In this document: one piece after another, positions 10,685 through 23,275 of the stretch
Layout of the letters: each line of letters starts with the position of its first letter
Numbering within the stretch: the first letter of the stretch is position 1
DNA from: Eutreptiella sp. 'Long Island Sound 2002'
Lineage: Eukaryota > Protista > Euglenida
Length of the DNA: 64,000 nt
Assembly: GCA_964036045.1 (NCBI GenBank)
Contig: OZ038378.1
Span: 162,254,001-162,318,000, forward strand
Direction: 5' to 3'
Made by a program: the position numbers and the translations under genes
Notes under the pieces: model-generated
Database searches by the model: none
The model's input: the letters and a program-made list of their open reading frames with translations, nothing else
What the model was told of the DNA's origin: nothing

Positions 10685-13600
10685 CGTGGCTACATAACCC
10701 CTACCTTCACGGAAGCCAGAGTTGGGCGGAATGGTTACGTCACCCATTCGTTCCCGGGGGCTGCCCAAGCTAGGAACAAAATCAAAAGGGGCTATCCAAA
10801 CACCTGCCTTATCCGTGTCCCATAGTTGGGGGGAATGGCTAAGTAACCCTTGCGTTCCCGGGTTCCCCAAAAAAGGTGACAAAATCAGACGTGGCTACAT
10901 AACCCCTGCCTTCTAAAGGGCCCAAAGTTGGGCAGAATGGCTCCATAACCCTTGCATCCTCAAAGGTCCCCAACGCAGAGAAAATATCAAAAGTGGCCAA
11001 CACAACCCGTATCCTTTCCGGGCCCAAGAGTTGAAGAGAATGGCTAACAAACCCCCGTGTTCTAGGACATCCCATAACACGGGACAAAATCAGAAATGGT
11101 TACATAACCCGTGCCAGACTTGGGCGGAATCGGTGTATACCCCCTGTGTTCTCGGGGATCTCCGGAAGAAACCCGTGCATTCTCGCAGTTTGCATAACAG
11201 GGGACACAATCATACGTGGGTGCATAACCCGCGCCACTTCGGGGGCCCAAATTTTGGGCGGGCTGGCTACGAAACCCATGCGTTCTCGGAGGTTGTCAAA
11301 AAGGGAGACAAAAACAAACAAAACTAGCTACCACAACCCTTGCCTTCTCCAAGCCCAAGGTTTGAGGAGAATGGCTCAGAAACCCCTGCATTCTCAGAAT
11401 CCAAATAACAGTGGACAAAATCAGAAGTCGTTTCATCACCACTGCCTTCTCGAGGGCCCACAGTTGGGTGGAATAGCGACATGACCCTTGCAATCTCAAG
11501 GGCCCTCGGAACAAACCCCTGCATTTTTGGCGGCCCCCATAATAGGGGAAACAATCAAACGTGGTTACAAAACCCCAGCCTCTTTGAGGGCCCAATGTTG
11601 GGCGGAATGGCTACGTAACCCCTGCGTTCTCGGGGGTCCCCCAAAAAGGGGACATATTCAAAAGTGGCTCAGAAACCACTGCCTTCGCTGGGCCCCACAG
11701 CTGGGGATAACGGCTAAGAAACCCCTGTGTTATCAGAGTCCCCATAATAGGGGCCAAAATCAAAAGTGCTTACATAACCCTTGCCTTCTTGAGGGCCCCG
11801 ACTTGGGCGGAATGGGTACATAACCCTTGCGTTGTCACGGTCCTCAGAAGAAGTCTTTGCGTTCTCGCGGTCCCCATGATAGGGCACACAATCAAACGTG
11901 GCTACATAACCCCTACCTTCGCGGAAGCCAGAGTTGGGCGGAATGGTTACGTCACCCATTCGTTCCCGGGGGCTGCCCAAGCTAGGAACAAAATCAAAAG
12001 GGGCTATCCAAACACCTGCCTTATCCGTGTCCCATAGTTGGGGGGAATGGCTAAGTAACCCTTGCGTTCCCGGGTTCCCCAAAAAAGGTGACAAAATCAG
12101 ACGTGGCTACATAACCCCTGCCTTCTAAAGGGCCCAAAGTTGGGCAGAATGGCTCCATAACCCTTGCATCCTCAAAGGTCCCCAACGCAGAGAAAATATC
12201 AAAAGTGGCCAACACAACCCGTATCCTTTCCGGGCCCAAGAGTTGAAGAGAATGGCTAACAAACCCCCGTGTTCTAGGACATCCCATAACACGGGACAAA
12301 ATCAGAAATGGTTACATAACCCGTGCCAGACTTGGGCGGAATCGGTGTATACCCCCTGTGTTCTCGGGGATCTCCGGAAGAAACCCGTGCATTCTCGCAG
12401 TTTGCATAACAGGGGACACAATCATACGTGGGTGCATAACCCGCGCCACTTCGGGGGCCCAAATTTTGGGCGGGCTGGCTACGAAACCCATGCGTTCTCG
12501 GAGGTTGTCAAAAAGGGAGACAAAAACAAACAAAACTAGCTACCACAACCCTTGCCTTCTCCAAGCCCAAGGTTTGAGGAGAATGGCTCAGAAACCCCTG
12601 CATTCTCAGAATCCAAATAACAGTGGACAAAATCAGAAGTCGTTTCATCACCACTGCCTTCTCGAGGGCCCACAGTTGGGTGGAATAGCGACATGACCCT
12701 TGCAATCTCAAGGGCCCTCGGAACAAACCCCTGCATTTTTGGCGGCCCCCATAACAGGGGAAACAATCAAACGTGGTTACAGAACCCCAGCCTCTTTGAG
12801 GGCCCAATGTTGGGCGGAATGGCTACGCAACCCCTGCGTTCTCGGGGGTCCCCCAAAAAGGGGACAGAATCAAAAGTGGCTCAGAAACCACTGCCTTCGC
12901 TGGGCCCCACAGCTGGGGATAACGGCTAAGAAACCCCTGTGTTATCAGAGTCCCATAATAGGGGCCAAAATCAAAAAGGCTTACATAACCCTTGCCTTCT
13001 TGAGGGCCCCGACTTGGGCGGAATGGGTACATAACCCTTGCGTTGTCATGGTCCTCAGAAGAAATCTCAGCGTTCTCGCAGTCCCCATAATAGGGCACAT
13101 CATCAAACGTGGCTACATAACCCCTACCTCCTCGAGGGCCTAGAGCTAGGCGGAATGGTTGAGTAACCCCTGCATGCTCGGGGGTCCCCCAAAAAGGAGA
13201 TAAAATCAATACCGGCTGCCGCAAACCCTGCCTTCTCCGGGCCTAAGAGCTGGGCATAATGGCTGAGAAATCCCTGCGATCTCGGAGTCCCCATATCGGG
13301 GGCAAAAATCAGAACTGGCAGCATATCCTCTACCTTCTCAGGGGGCCGGAGTTGGGCGGAATGGATGCATAACCCTTGCGTTCTGAGGAGTCCTCGGAAG
13401 AAAGCCATGTGTTCTCGCAGCCCCTATAACAACGGACACAATCAAACGTGGCTACATAACCCTTGCCTCTTCGGGAGCCCAGAGTTGGGCGGAATGGGAA
13501 CGCAACCCTTGTGTTCTGGGGGATCCCCAAAAAAGCAGACAAAATCCAAAGTGGCTACCACAAAGCCTGCCTTCTCCTTGCCCAAGAGCTGTGGATAATG

Positions 13601-13920
13601 GCCCCAAGCATTCTGAGGGTCTCCATAACGGGGGCCAAAATCAGAAGTGACTATATAACCGCCGCCTTCTCGAGGGCTTGGAGTTGGGTGGAATGGCGAA
13701 ATAACCCCGGCATTCTCGGGGAGCACCTGAAAGGGGGGAGACAATCACAACTCGCAAGAAGAAACCCTACCTTCTCGGGGGCCAAGTGTGGGGCGCCATG
13801 GCTACAAATCCCGTTTGTTCTTGCGGGTCCCTAAAAAAAGGAAACAAAATCAGAAGTGGCTACATAACCGCTACCTTGTTGTGGGCCCGAAGTTGGGGAT
13901 AATAGCTACGCAACGCGTGC
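10685..13920. repeat. Satellite array of ~102/133-bp monomers (core GTGGCTACATAACCC) with an 11-monomer, 1212-bp higher-order repeat present twice (10685-11896, 11897-13107); decayed monomers continue to ~14750
   Basis: Monomer spacings of 104,102,103,89,134,107,103,134,102,103,131 sum to 1212. Duplicated ORFs are offset by exactly 1212 (10722/11934, 11031/12243, 11146/12358). Confidence 0.95.
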
Positions 13921-16326
13921 GTTCTGAGGGTTCCCACAAAAAGGGGAGAGGAAAATGGACTACATTGGGGAGGGGGGGCAAAAATGCCCCTTGGGGCGGT
14001 TCTCAAAGACAATTCATAACCAAAAAAAATTAGTTCCTTCAGCAAGACTCGGGTCGGCAAGAGGGATTTTGATGACACGACCAATTATGATACTTGCATT
14101 TGGGACCAGCAAAATCAGGAGTGTTCCTTACCAACTATTGCATTGGCGCCCATATTTGGGCGAGAGGAGAACATAACCCCTGGTGTGTTGGGAAGTTCCT
14201 AGCGTCCGGCACGGGAACAAACCGACGGTGGCGGGCTACTTAGCATTCATTGCTTCCAGGGCCCATAATCAAGCGAAGTGGCTACATAACTACCGCTGTC
14301 ACGCACGTTCCAATTCCATGAACACAATTAGAAGTGGCTACTTACTCCCAATGTCTGACGAGCCCCCATTTAGGCGAAGTGGCTACATAACCGCTCCCCT
14401 CTCGCGAGTACCCAACGCCAAGCGCGGAAGCAAAATCAGAAGTAACTACTTAACCCTTGCTGTTGCAAGGGCGTGTATACTGGCGGGGTGGCTACATAAC
14501 CCCTACCATCTCGTGGGTCCCCGGCGCCCGGCGCGGGGGGAAAACTAAGGGTGTCTCCATAACTCCAACATCGGGGGTGAGCCCACAGTGTGGATGGAGT
14601 GCAAATCCCTAAGTGGAGGCGCCGCTGCCGTTTGTGGTGTGTGAGACTAGTTTTTTAACTGATATTTCTGAATGATGAATGGCCACATAACCGCTACCTT
14701 CTCACTATCACAAGTCACACAAATCACAAGTGGCTGCATAACCCCCCCTTTGTCGGGAGTCCTAATGTGGGGTAAAGCAAAATTTAAGATATGAGGGTTG
14801 TTTTTTTCAGCAGCAAGTGGGTGATTTTGTAGCACTAATTTTGGCTCTCTGCTTGGTCTATGTTGTCACCAACGCGATGGAAACGTTTCGCTGGGGACCA
14901 AGGCGTTATGAGGCATGCCTCTATGTACATCTAGTCGAAATAGTTGAAGGGGAGGGAGGTGCAGAAAGGCGCAAAGAGACCAAACAAGGCCACTGTTTGG
15001 ACATTGGGGGGGAATCTCATCAAGACACAATGCTCTCATAGAGCTCGCAAGTAGAAGAAGAGAGGACAGAACTTCAAGCCGGCACACCAAACCAATGCTG
15101 CAAAAATGTCACCAACAAGAGGGCCGGGCTTAGCGACCGTTTTGTGGTGACAGACTGCTTTACCAAGTGGTGCCCTTGGTCCCAACCTCGCCATTTCTCT
15201 CACTGCTCCCTGCACCCGCCTAGTGTCATTGAAGCTTTTGCTGTGTTTTGTTTGCTTGGAGAGGTGAAGGTTTGTGCACAATGGCACAAACGTGTTTGGT
15301 TGCTTGGGTGCCTCTACTTGACCGTGCTGGTTTGGGCATTTAGTGTGGCTCTAGTCGTTGTGGTTTCAACCTGTGTGCACCGCAAAAAAAAAAGCCTTGC
15401 AGTTTAGTTTTCACTCTGGGACACTTTATCAGGGGACAAGTGCAATTTGTTGTTAATTGTTGGTGTGTGCCACTGCAGGTGCTTGTACTTATGCACGCGA
15501 TGTAGCTCAGCCTTGAAGTACCCAGAGCCTGTTCTATGCTATGCTTCTCACAGCAATGGATTCGACTGAACAGAGGAATGTCAATGCATTTTGTCCTTCC
15601 AATGCATTCTGCTTTTGGGTTTTGGGTTGCTTCTGGTTCCCTTCCTCTGTTGAACTGCTCTGGTACGAACCTACAAACCGGTGTTTAGTTTGGAACCCTA
15701 AAAAGGGACGCCATTGTACAAGATGGCTTTTTGTTTTGAAGTTGCCTTGGCCTCTAACCCCATACATTGGGCTAAACAAACACATATCGTTGCTTTTTAT
15801 ACCCAATCTGCCCATTCGTTGCCTTCTTTCAAATGCTATACACGGTGCTCTATCTCAAACCAACAAAAAATTCAGCTTTTCGTTTTTGCAAACTTACCAT
15901 AAAATAGGGACGACTTGTACAAAAAAATTTGTACCGTCACTTTGCCACCTTGAAGCGGCCTTTTCCGGCACCTTTTCACCGCCTTTTGCCGCCAGATCTA
16001 TGCATGCACCCTTTGAAATCCAATCAATATTTCCTGAGGCACGGGGGAGGGGGGAATCGCCTCCATGGACACCAAATGTGAAAACCCAAAACAACAATTT
16101 GCAATTGAACCATCATGAACTTTTGAAATGTTTCACGCCACAGACCATGTGCCATTGGCAATCACAAGCACCCACAGGGAAATACATTAAATGAATAAAG
16201 AGGCCAAATGAAGCTGTGGTGACGACCTAGGCGTAAAGAAAGCTGTCATGCAAGGTGATGGGATGAGTGCAAAATGTAGATCACTGCCAGCGAACCATTC
16301 CCTGTGTACTGACACAATGGGACTCG

Positions 16327-16755
16327 TAGTATTTCCCTCTGTTTCCCTGTGTACTAGCATATGGTATGTCCAGTAATTCCCTGTGTACTACCATATGGGA
16401 CTTATAGTAATTCCCTCTGTACTACCATATGGTACTTCTAGTAATTCCCTGTGTACTAGCATGCCGTACTTCTAGTAATTCCCTGTGTACTACCATATGG
16501 TACTTCTAGTAATTCCGTGTGTACTACCATATGGGACTTGTGGTAATTCCCTTTGTACTAGCATATCGTACTTCTAGTAATTCCCTGTGTACTACCATAT
16601 GGTACTTCTAGTAAATCCGTGTGTACTACCATATGGGACTTGTGGTAATTCCCTTGGTACTAGCATATCGTACTTCTAGTGCTTCCCTTTGTACCACCAC
16701 ATGGCACTTGCAGTAATTCCGTGTGTGATACAATATGACACTTCTAGTAATTCTA
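16327..16755. repeat. 34-bp minisatellite (~12 units; TAGTAATTCCCTGTGTACTACCATATGGTACTTC)
   Basis: GTAATTCC recurs at 16373, 16407, 16441 and onward at 34-bp intervals. Confidence 0.95.
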
Positions 16756-16794
16756 TTGCCTTCGGCAAGGCACCTCGAAGAGGGGAGAGGAACG

Positions 16795-17570
16795 ACCATT
16801 TTTGAGCTGCCGAGGATGGAAAACTGGAAAAGCAAGCTGTGCCCCAGCCCCCTTGGGACCCCCCCCCCCCCCAGAACACCTAAAAAGGGTGAAAAACATG
16901 TAAAGAGGTGCTAAAATATGCTTTCCATTGGTATTTGATCATTTTGAATGGTCAAAATATCAAAAAAATCTGCTTCGGAAATTTCCGTTTTTGAGCTGCC
17001 GAGGCTCGAAAGCTGCATAAGCAGATTGTGCCCTAGATCCCTTGGGAGCCCCCCCCCCCCCCGCGCGTGCGGTGACACATTGATGTCACGTGTGGTGTTG
17101 TTTGGACGCTTTGAGAGGTTGATAGCCCATTCATGACGTCACCGTGACAAAGCCCAACCCGCCAATGTCATGACTTTGGGGGCTGCACGAAGGCCACATT
17201 TTACCCCGCCCCACGGGCACATCTCTCTGATGCCAGTCTGCACTCACCCGTCCTTCACCTACTGCATTTTTGCAGGTTGGATCACCACGCGTCGCCAATA
17301 CAGTCATTGACGCGGGTGAGTGTCTTGCTGCCTACGTTAATGTGTGTGTGTGTGTGTGTGTGTTTGGACAACGGGCCCCAACACCCAAATAGGGTGAAAA
17401 ACACATAAAAAGGGGCTAAAACATGCTTTACATAGGATATGTGATGATTTTGGATGGTCAAAATATCAAAAAAAAATTAGTTTTGGAAATTTCAATTTTT
17501 GAGCTGCCGAGGCTGGAAACTTGCACAAGCAGGTTGTGCCCTAGACCCCTTGGGAGCCCGGGTGAAAAAC
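16795..17570 (+). repeat. Two copies (16795-17050, ~17385-17570) of a dispersed repeat (TTTTGAGCTGCCGAGG...CCCTTGGGAGCCC); a diverged inverted copy lies near 43005-43100
   Basis: Shared blocks GGGTGAAAAAC...GGTCAAAATATCAAAAAAA...GAAATTTC...TTTTGAGCTGCCGAGGCT. The reverse complement CAGCTCAAAGATCGAAATTTC occurs at ~43061. Confidence 0.8.
17248..17331 (-). CDS. Tentative kinesin exon 7 (AARHSPASMTVLATRGDPTCKNAVGEGR)
   Basis: AACGTAG| acceptor, strong CGG|GTGAGT donor, 84 nt, phase 0-0, open frame. No homology support. Confidence 0.4.
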
Positions 17571-17747
17571 ACACAAAGAGAACCCCTGAATACAGCAGCA
17601 ACCCGCAGCACTGCAGCACCAAACAGCCGCATGAACAAAGGCAGCAACAGCACCACAACAGTCACAGCGGCACTAACAGCACCAGCAACAGAAAATAGCA
17701 ACAGGGACTCCCTCGAGATGTCTCCAGCGCGCACGACTCTATCCTAC

Positions 17748-17862
17748 CTCGCTTCCAGGCACTTGCATGCGGCGATTGGTTGAGCGTGCACTCAAAGGCG
17801 TGTTGGTGATCTCCTTGGCGACAGCAGAGTACTTCAGGGCGTGGACACTCTCATCAACATCT
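17748..17862 (-). CDS. Kinesin exon 6 (DVDESVHALKYSAVAKEIT...)
   Basis: CACATAG| acceptor; motor-terminal helix. Either splices at GAG|GTAGGA or reads on as VG-stop (17739). Confidence 0.88.
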
Positions 17863-20800
17863 CTATGTGTGTGGACACAAGCGCGAAGCAAATCAGCTGC
17901 CGATGCCGCAGGATGCAATCACCCGTGCAGTATGGACAACCCAGCGAATCGGTGATACGCACCCCGGACACTTGGGGTGAGGGAGGGGGGTGAGACCCAA
18001 TTAAGGTGAGCTAAGCAAAGGTGTAGGTGGACCTTTGGTAGACTAACCTTGTTTAACACGGCCACCTGCCAAGAACTGCTGGATTGCTACCACTCGAAAG
18101 CATACAACTTCAAAAAAGAATGGGAAGGAATGACAATGCATGTTAGAAAATGAAACACATTGACAAAGCGAGAACCAACTACAATGTCTGCATACAGCAC
18201 GGGATCAAAAAAGTTTTGCGAGTGACCGGGGGGGGGGGGGGATTGTGCGTAAAACCTTGGAATTTCATGTGGGCAGGAGGGTGGGGGGGCGGGGGGCTGT
18301 CCCTTCTGCAGTGAAATGTGCATCCTTTGACAGCTCGTGCACACAAACCTTTGCTTTGTGCTCGTGTGGCAAGTTACTTTCGGCCCTCACAACTTGTCAG
18401 CATCGCCCACGCCAGCCCCCCCCCCCCCACAAAAAAAAACCAACGCTGCATTTTTCAGACTGCCTTCTCATATCCTGTTCCTCTCTTTGGTGGTCCACGA
18501 TACAGCGTTCGGCGGTTCGTCGTGGGCATCTGAGCTTGACTGCAAAATGCAAACCTCAGCGCGTTGCGTTGGTCACGTGGGGCAGGGCTCCCTGAATGCC
18601 GAACTGCTGTCGGTTACCCAACGATCATCACCTGACCATCAACTGCCCGCATTTGACTCGCAGTCGGTTCAACGCAGATCCGCCACCTGAAACTTGAGGC
18701 TGTCCTCAGCCTCACTCCTGAACCACAGACCGGACAGAGCCGCGTTTCCTGGTGTTGGTGTCCTGGGGCGGGTCCGCATGCGTCGTGTGAGTATGCGACC
18801 CACTCCCTGTTATGGCACAACATCAACTCAGGCATGTCGGGGAATGCGGTTCTGTCTGCCCCCGTCAGCCTACGCACCCGATCACACAGCAGCAGGAGCC
18901 CCCAACGGTAGCATTCCTGTCATTTATGCGCGCAACACATCATCTGGGCCGAAGCTGAAACACGTCAGTCAGAAGGGGATGCGTGCAGTATCAGAGAAGA
19001 AGAGGGGCTGTGTTTGGGCCAGGGATGCCTGCCACACCGAGCACACGGCGAAACATTGACGACCATGACGGCTTTGCCGTTGCCGGAGAGAGTGCTTTGG
19101 AACAAGCGCGTGATCTTCGACTCCCGGTATGGCACTACGCGCCGTTGGCTCGGGGGGTGGGTCTGATTCCAACGCAGGCACTCCAAGCACCGGCCCAACA
19201 CCACCAGCGACTGGTTGATGTTTGCCGCCTCCTTGAGCCTCGACCCTGTGAAAGACAAGCCGAAGGGGAGTGCAAATCGTCCCCATCCATGCGGATCCAG
19301 CCTCCATTACCCCACACCCATTCCTTTCCCTCTTTCACACCTCTTGTGATCTTTCTTTGGGTCCCCGACAGGAAGGCCAAGGCCTCCGAGGATGGGGGCT
19401 AGAGATGGGAACCAGGATTGCACCTCTCAGCTTGTGGTACATTTCGCACGTTAGTGATGGCGAGCACCCTCCACATTTCACTTGCATGCCGCCGCTAGCA
19501 TGGGAGGGACCAAGCGGCCACCCATTGTTTGCATCCTACTCCACTCGTTGTCCGGAGCAAACGTGGCACACACTCTTTAGTGGGCGACGGCAAACAGTGC
19601 AAAACACACGGCAGGAGGCCATCACCAAGTGCAGAGGGTTTGAAGCGTGATACATCATCGTTCTCTGGTATGTGGATGCATATCTCACCACTTGGTCACA
19701 TGGATCAAATTAAAAGACGCTGGACTTCTGCTCATTGAATCAAGATATCGCATGAAAATCTGCATAATTTCTTTTCTGGGGAAAACATCTGACTCTTAGT
19801 CGGGCTGCACTATTATATTGATCGGTGAATAATTTGGATGATGGTTATTCGCATGCAGGAGCTTTTGACCTCGTTGCCAGTGCGGGCTCTACGGCCGCCG
19901 GCACTCGAGACTGGGGTTCGAAACCTGCTGGTGTCATTTCTTACACACATTTTTCACCAAGTCTGAAAAATGACACCAGCAGGGTTGGAACCGCAGTCTC
20001 GAGTGCCGGCGAGTAGAGAGCGCCTGCACTGGCAACTAGGTTAGAAGCTCCTACGTTCATGCAACCATTATCCAAATCATTAAGCGATCAATGTAAAAGC
20101 ACAGGGCGTCCAGCTAGACCCTTGTGCTCAACAATTCGTCTGCGGTGGGATGCAGTTTGATGTGACCCGCGTGAGACCCCACAACGGTCTGGTCGTATCC
20201 CATCGCACGTTGCCCGGCCCATGGAGCCCACTGAGTGTGAGGATGTGCGTGCCTATGTGCAGCTCACCGGACTCACATGAAACGCAGGCTCGGGCTGCTA
20301 TGTATCTGGTGCTACTTTTGTTGCAGGCGTTTTGAGAGGACCCCAAGACTAAAATGACCTGCTGTTGTGACGTGCTGTACGGTTTTGGGAGAACATACCA
20401 AGAAGTAAACCAGCATTTCAGCACAGAACGCCAACCCACCATCAGGCGGTCCCGAGACGCTACTAACGATCATAGACGGAAGTAGTGGCTGCGGGTTGCG
20501 CGGTGTTGAGCTAGACCACGAACCGCAAGATGGGGATGCACCAGATTGTGATTCGGTTTGACCCCTCAATAGGTGTGAACTTTTGTAGACCCCCCCTGCC
20601 TGAACCTTCAACGAACGATTCAACATTGGGCCAATGTCAAAGAGGCCTTGGAATGGAACACATCGTATGCGTCAACAGAGAAGCGACACGGCTGGGACGA
20701 CTCGCAACTTACTTTACGTGACCTTACCTTGCCTTGCCCTGCCTTACCTTGCCTTGCCTTTTCTTACCTTGCCTTTTCTTACATTACCTGACCTCTTCCC

Positions 20801-22795
20801 TTACCTCACACTTGAAAATCATGTTCTTGCCCTCACCACTGCCTATGACTTTGCAATTTAGGTTGATGGCAACTACGACTACGGTAGCACATTTGCACCC
20901 ACGGGTCGCCATTGTACGGTTCGGAATTGCCATTGCCTATGTGTGTGTGCGCGCGCGCAAGTGTGGTTGGGCGGGGCGGGTGTGCCGAATGCAAAGCAAC
21001 GACGAGAAGCACAATTGAACCTGTTGTTTGCGTCCGGGCCATGCGTTCCGATCCGGCAAGGTCGCAAATGATGACCTTCCCCACCATCTCTCCGATCCCG
21101 TAAGTGTTGTCCGTGTATTTACACACGTTGATGAAGAAAGCGCTATGGCTCCGGCTACTGTCTACATTCAAGTGCGTCTGCGAAGCAAGCGACAAGATCC
21201 GACGGTGCAACCGGCGCACAATCGCAACAAAAAACATCCGGATGCACGCTCTTTTCGCGAACCCCCAAGCATCCAAATTCAATTTGTTGGCGGGCCCGGG
21301 ACAATCACCCGTTGTTCACCGGGCGATCCGCTTAGCCGTAATGTTGGCTCCGTCGTCCGATATGGAACATTGAGACAAAGGCCTTCTATTCTCGTTGCTC
21401 GATGCACGTGGGCCTTGAACAAAGGTGCCTTTGAGCATTTGGTTGAACGAAGTTGAAGTGAAGGAATGCTCTCGGCCAAAAAGACAAACACTCGTTCGAA
21501 GAAACAAGAAGGAGTTTTTTCTTTTGAAAGGTGTTTTAGAAGGAGTATTTCGCAATTACCAAAGGCGAATTGAACCATGTGCACTCCACTTTCCGCAACA
21601 TGCCTATTTCGTTTGTGCAACAACGCGGTTGCTTGGCAACCTTGAGGAATTACACCAAATAGCCGATCGGCACACGTGCGTTGGTACGGTTTGGAAACAC
21701 AAGACTACGCGCACAACACCTGTCCAACTTGTCTTCTACTTTTAGCATTCTTTATTTGCTCGATGGCCTAGGAGAGGTGTAACGTTCGTGGTAATGTCGG
21801 AGGCATGAACGGACGAGATCTCGGAATGCAACATCGAAGTTAGAAACTCCGACATTTTGATTGCCTCACGTTGAAAGACAACACACGGAAGCAACACCTC
21901 GTCGGCTGTTGCAAGCTCAACCTCCGTCAAACCCTTGACGATCATTTCTCCGTTCTCCTCGACCATGCGCAACTCCTTTTTGCGATTGCCCATCAAGTCA
22001 CACAACTTCTCATTGTAGATCTAAGGCGAGCGTAAATGCTCGAAGGTGTTCAAAGGATCTATCAACAAAGCTACCCCTCCCATTTACACTTTCACGACCC
22101 AAGCCAAACGCACATGACACCTCATGGAAGCACACCTCCAAACAAGATAGTAGGATGGTATATTTGACTTGAGGCTCCGAGTCGCGTTTGATGGCTTTGA
22201 AAGCCTCCATACTTCCAAATAACCCCTCGACATCTTGTCCATCGCTCCTCTCATTATTCAAAACGTCCAAATAATCAAAAAAGCATCGGATGGTTCTCGG
22301 TAAGAGTCCCTCGTCCGCTTCCGTGCCATGGACAGTGTAAGTCTTCCCGGCGTTTGTGATACCATATGCAAAGACTAAGGAGCTTTTGCCCTTAAAAGTG
22401 GCCCGCACGAGCCCTTGCGTAGTTTTGGCGAAGATGTCCTTCGTAGAAGTATCCTCGTCAAATACACTATCGAAGTAATACTTGCCGATGGCGGCGTTCG
22501 CGGAAACCTCAATTGATTGCTCCGTCAATTTGCGTATGGCATGATGCTCGTCGTCGCGCTCCTCATGCGCTGTGAACGGCCTAATCCGTAGGTAAACTTT
22601 GATATTTTCGGAGTTAGGTATGATGTCCGGACCGGGGGTTGAGAACAAGGGCCGACTCACACTGGGAGGCCCAGTAGGAGTGAGGATCACCATGTGCTTT
22701 AGAAAAGAAGTGCAACGTTTGCGGCGGCACAAAGATCGACTTGTGTTTTTTACGGAGGTCGTGCACAACGAGCGAGCCGGGTGTGGATGAAGCAT
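17748..22795 (-). CDS. Kinesin-6 family (KIF20/KIF23/MKLP-like) motor; exons 22795-22136, 22020-21898, 21767-21720, 21177-21021, 19245-19038, 17862-17748 (437 codons); C-terminus unresolved
   Basis: Phase-consistent GT-AG splicing gives NIKVYLRIRPF, P-loop YGITNAGKTYT, CLEIYNEKLCDL, switch I NVDSSRSHS, switch II DLAGSER, LKEAANINQSLVVLGRCLECLRWNQ, PYRESKITRLFQ and VNVSPCARDVDESVHALKYSAVA. The TN-containing P-loop and LGRC..LR.NQ are kinesin-6 hallmarks. Confidence 0.93.
19038..19245 (-). CDS. Kinesin exon 5 (RLKEAANIN...VSPCAR)
   Basis: TTTCACAG| acceptor; donor CG|GTGTGG matches the phase of the next exon. Confidence 0.95.
20116..20391 (+). mobile_element. Dispersed ~275-bp repeat in kinesin intron 4; near-identical inverted copy at 58251-58521
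   Basis: The ORF track shows the same peptides on opposite strands (20150..20335+ vs 58302..58487-), and the sequences align by eye. Confidence 0.9.
20721..20800. repeat. (CCTTA/CCTTG)n pentanucleotide microsatellite
   Basis: Read directly. Confidence 0.85.
21021..21177 (-). CDS. Kinesin exon 4 (switch I and II)
   Basis: THLNVDSSRSHS...DLAGSERMARTQTT; TTCGCAG| acceptor, G|GTTCAA donor. Confidence 0.95.
21720..21767 (-). CDS. Kinesin exon 3 (AIEQIKNAKSRRQVGQ)
   Basis: CTCCTAG| acceptor, CAG|GTGTTG donor; fills the helix before switch I. Confidence 0.88.
21898..22020 (-). CDS. Kinesin exon 2 (IYNEKLCDL...ATADE)
   Basis: CCTTAG| acceptor, GAG|GTGTTG donor, phase 0-0. Confidence 0.93.
22136..22795 (-). 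CDS. Kinesin exon 1 (N-terminus to P-loop)
   Basis: First ATG after the acceptor CTTCGTAG (exon start 22822); donor GAG|GTGTGC. The start codon is less certain than the motor portion. Confidence 0.88.
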
Positions 22796-23275
22796 CGTCA
22801 AATTTTCCTTGTCGCAATGCCGCTACGAAGGAGGCGCAAGCCGAAAGATGAACACACTTGCCAAAGCGTACCCAAATCACAAGCGACCAAACACCACGGA
22901 GCCATGGTGTGATGGTGGTCGTGGTCGCGCCCCATGTTTCCCTATTCTTGACAAAAAAATGAAGTGAGTTTATTTGGATTGACCGACCTATCTACATGAC
23001 TACCTAGCCCAAAGTCTGCATTGCATGGCAAAAACTAAACCCAAGCTGATGGAGACAAAAACATGAAATGTTTACCTACCTTGATTATTTCATTCCGAGA
23101 CAGCACAATGGCGCAGGAAGGTGTGTAAGAAATTGATTGGAGAAGGGGGGCAGTCGCAAGTGACAATCGCACCATGCAAGCTTGAAAGGTAGAAAAGTTT
23201 GTTTTCTTCACGCTTCCAGTGTTCCACAAATTTGCTTGTCCAAAGCCGCCTGCGCGCCAGACTGGGGTGGTCAAC

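Noticed and set aside
10673-14033. Numerous 60-147 aa ORFs in the satellite
   Set aside because: They are satellite translations, duplicated at the 1212-bp period.
15541-16194. 217-aa plus-strand ORF
   Set aside because: No recognisable domain and atypical composition; the region may instead hold minus-strand kinesin 3' exons.
16327-16755. CRISPR array (34-bp palindromic unit)
   Set aside because: The units are head-to-tail with no unique spacers.
17276-17315. Apparent 40-nt plus-strand exon (TGCAG|...|GTGAGT)
   Set aside because: No partner exons were found on the plus strand, and an overlapping minus-strand exon fits the kinesin phase better.
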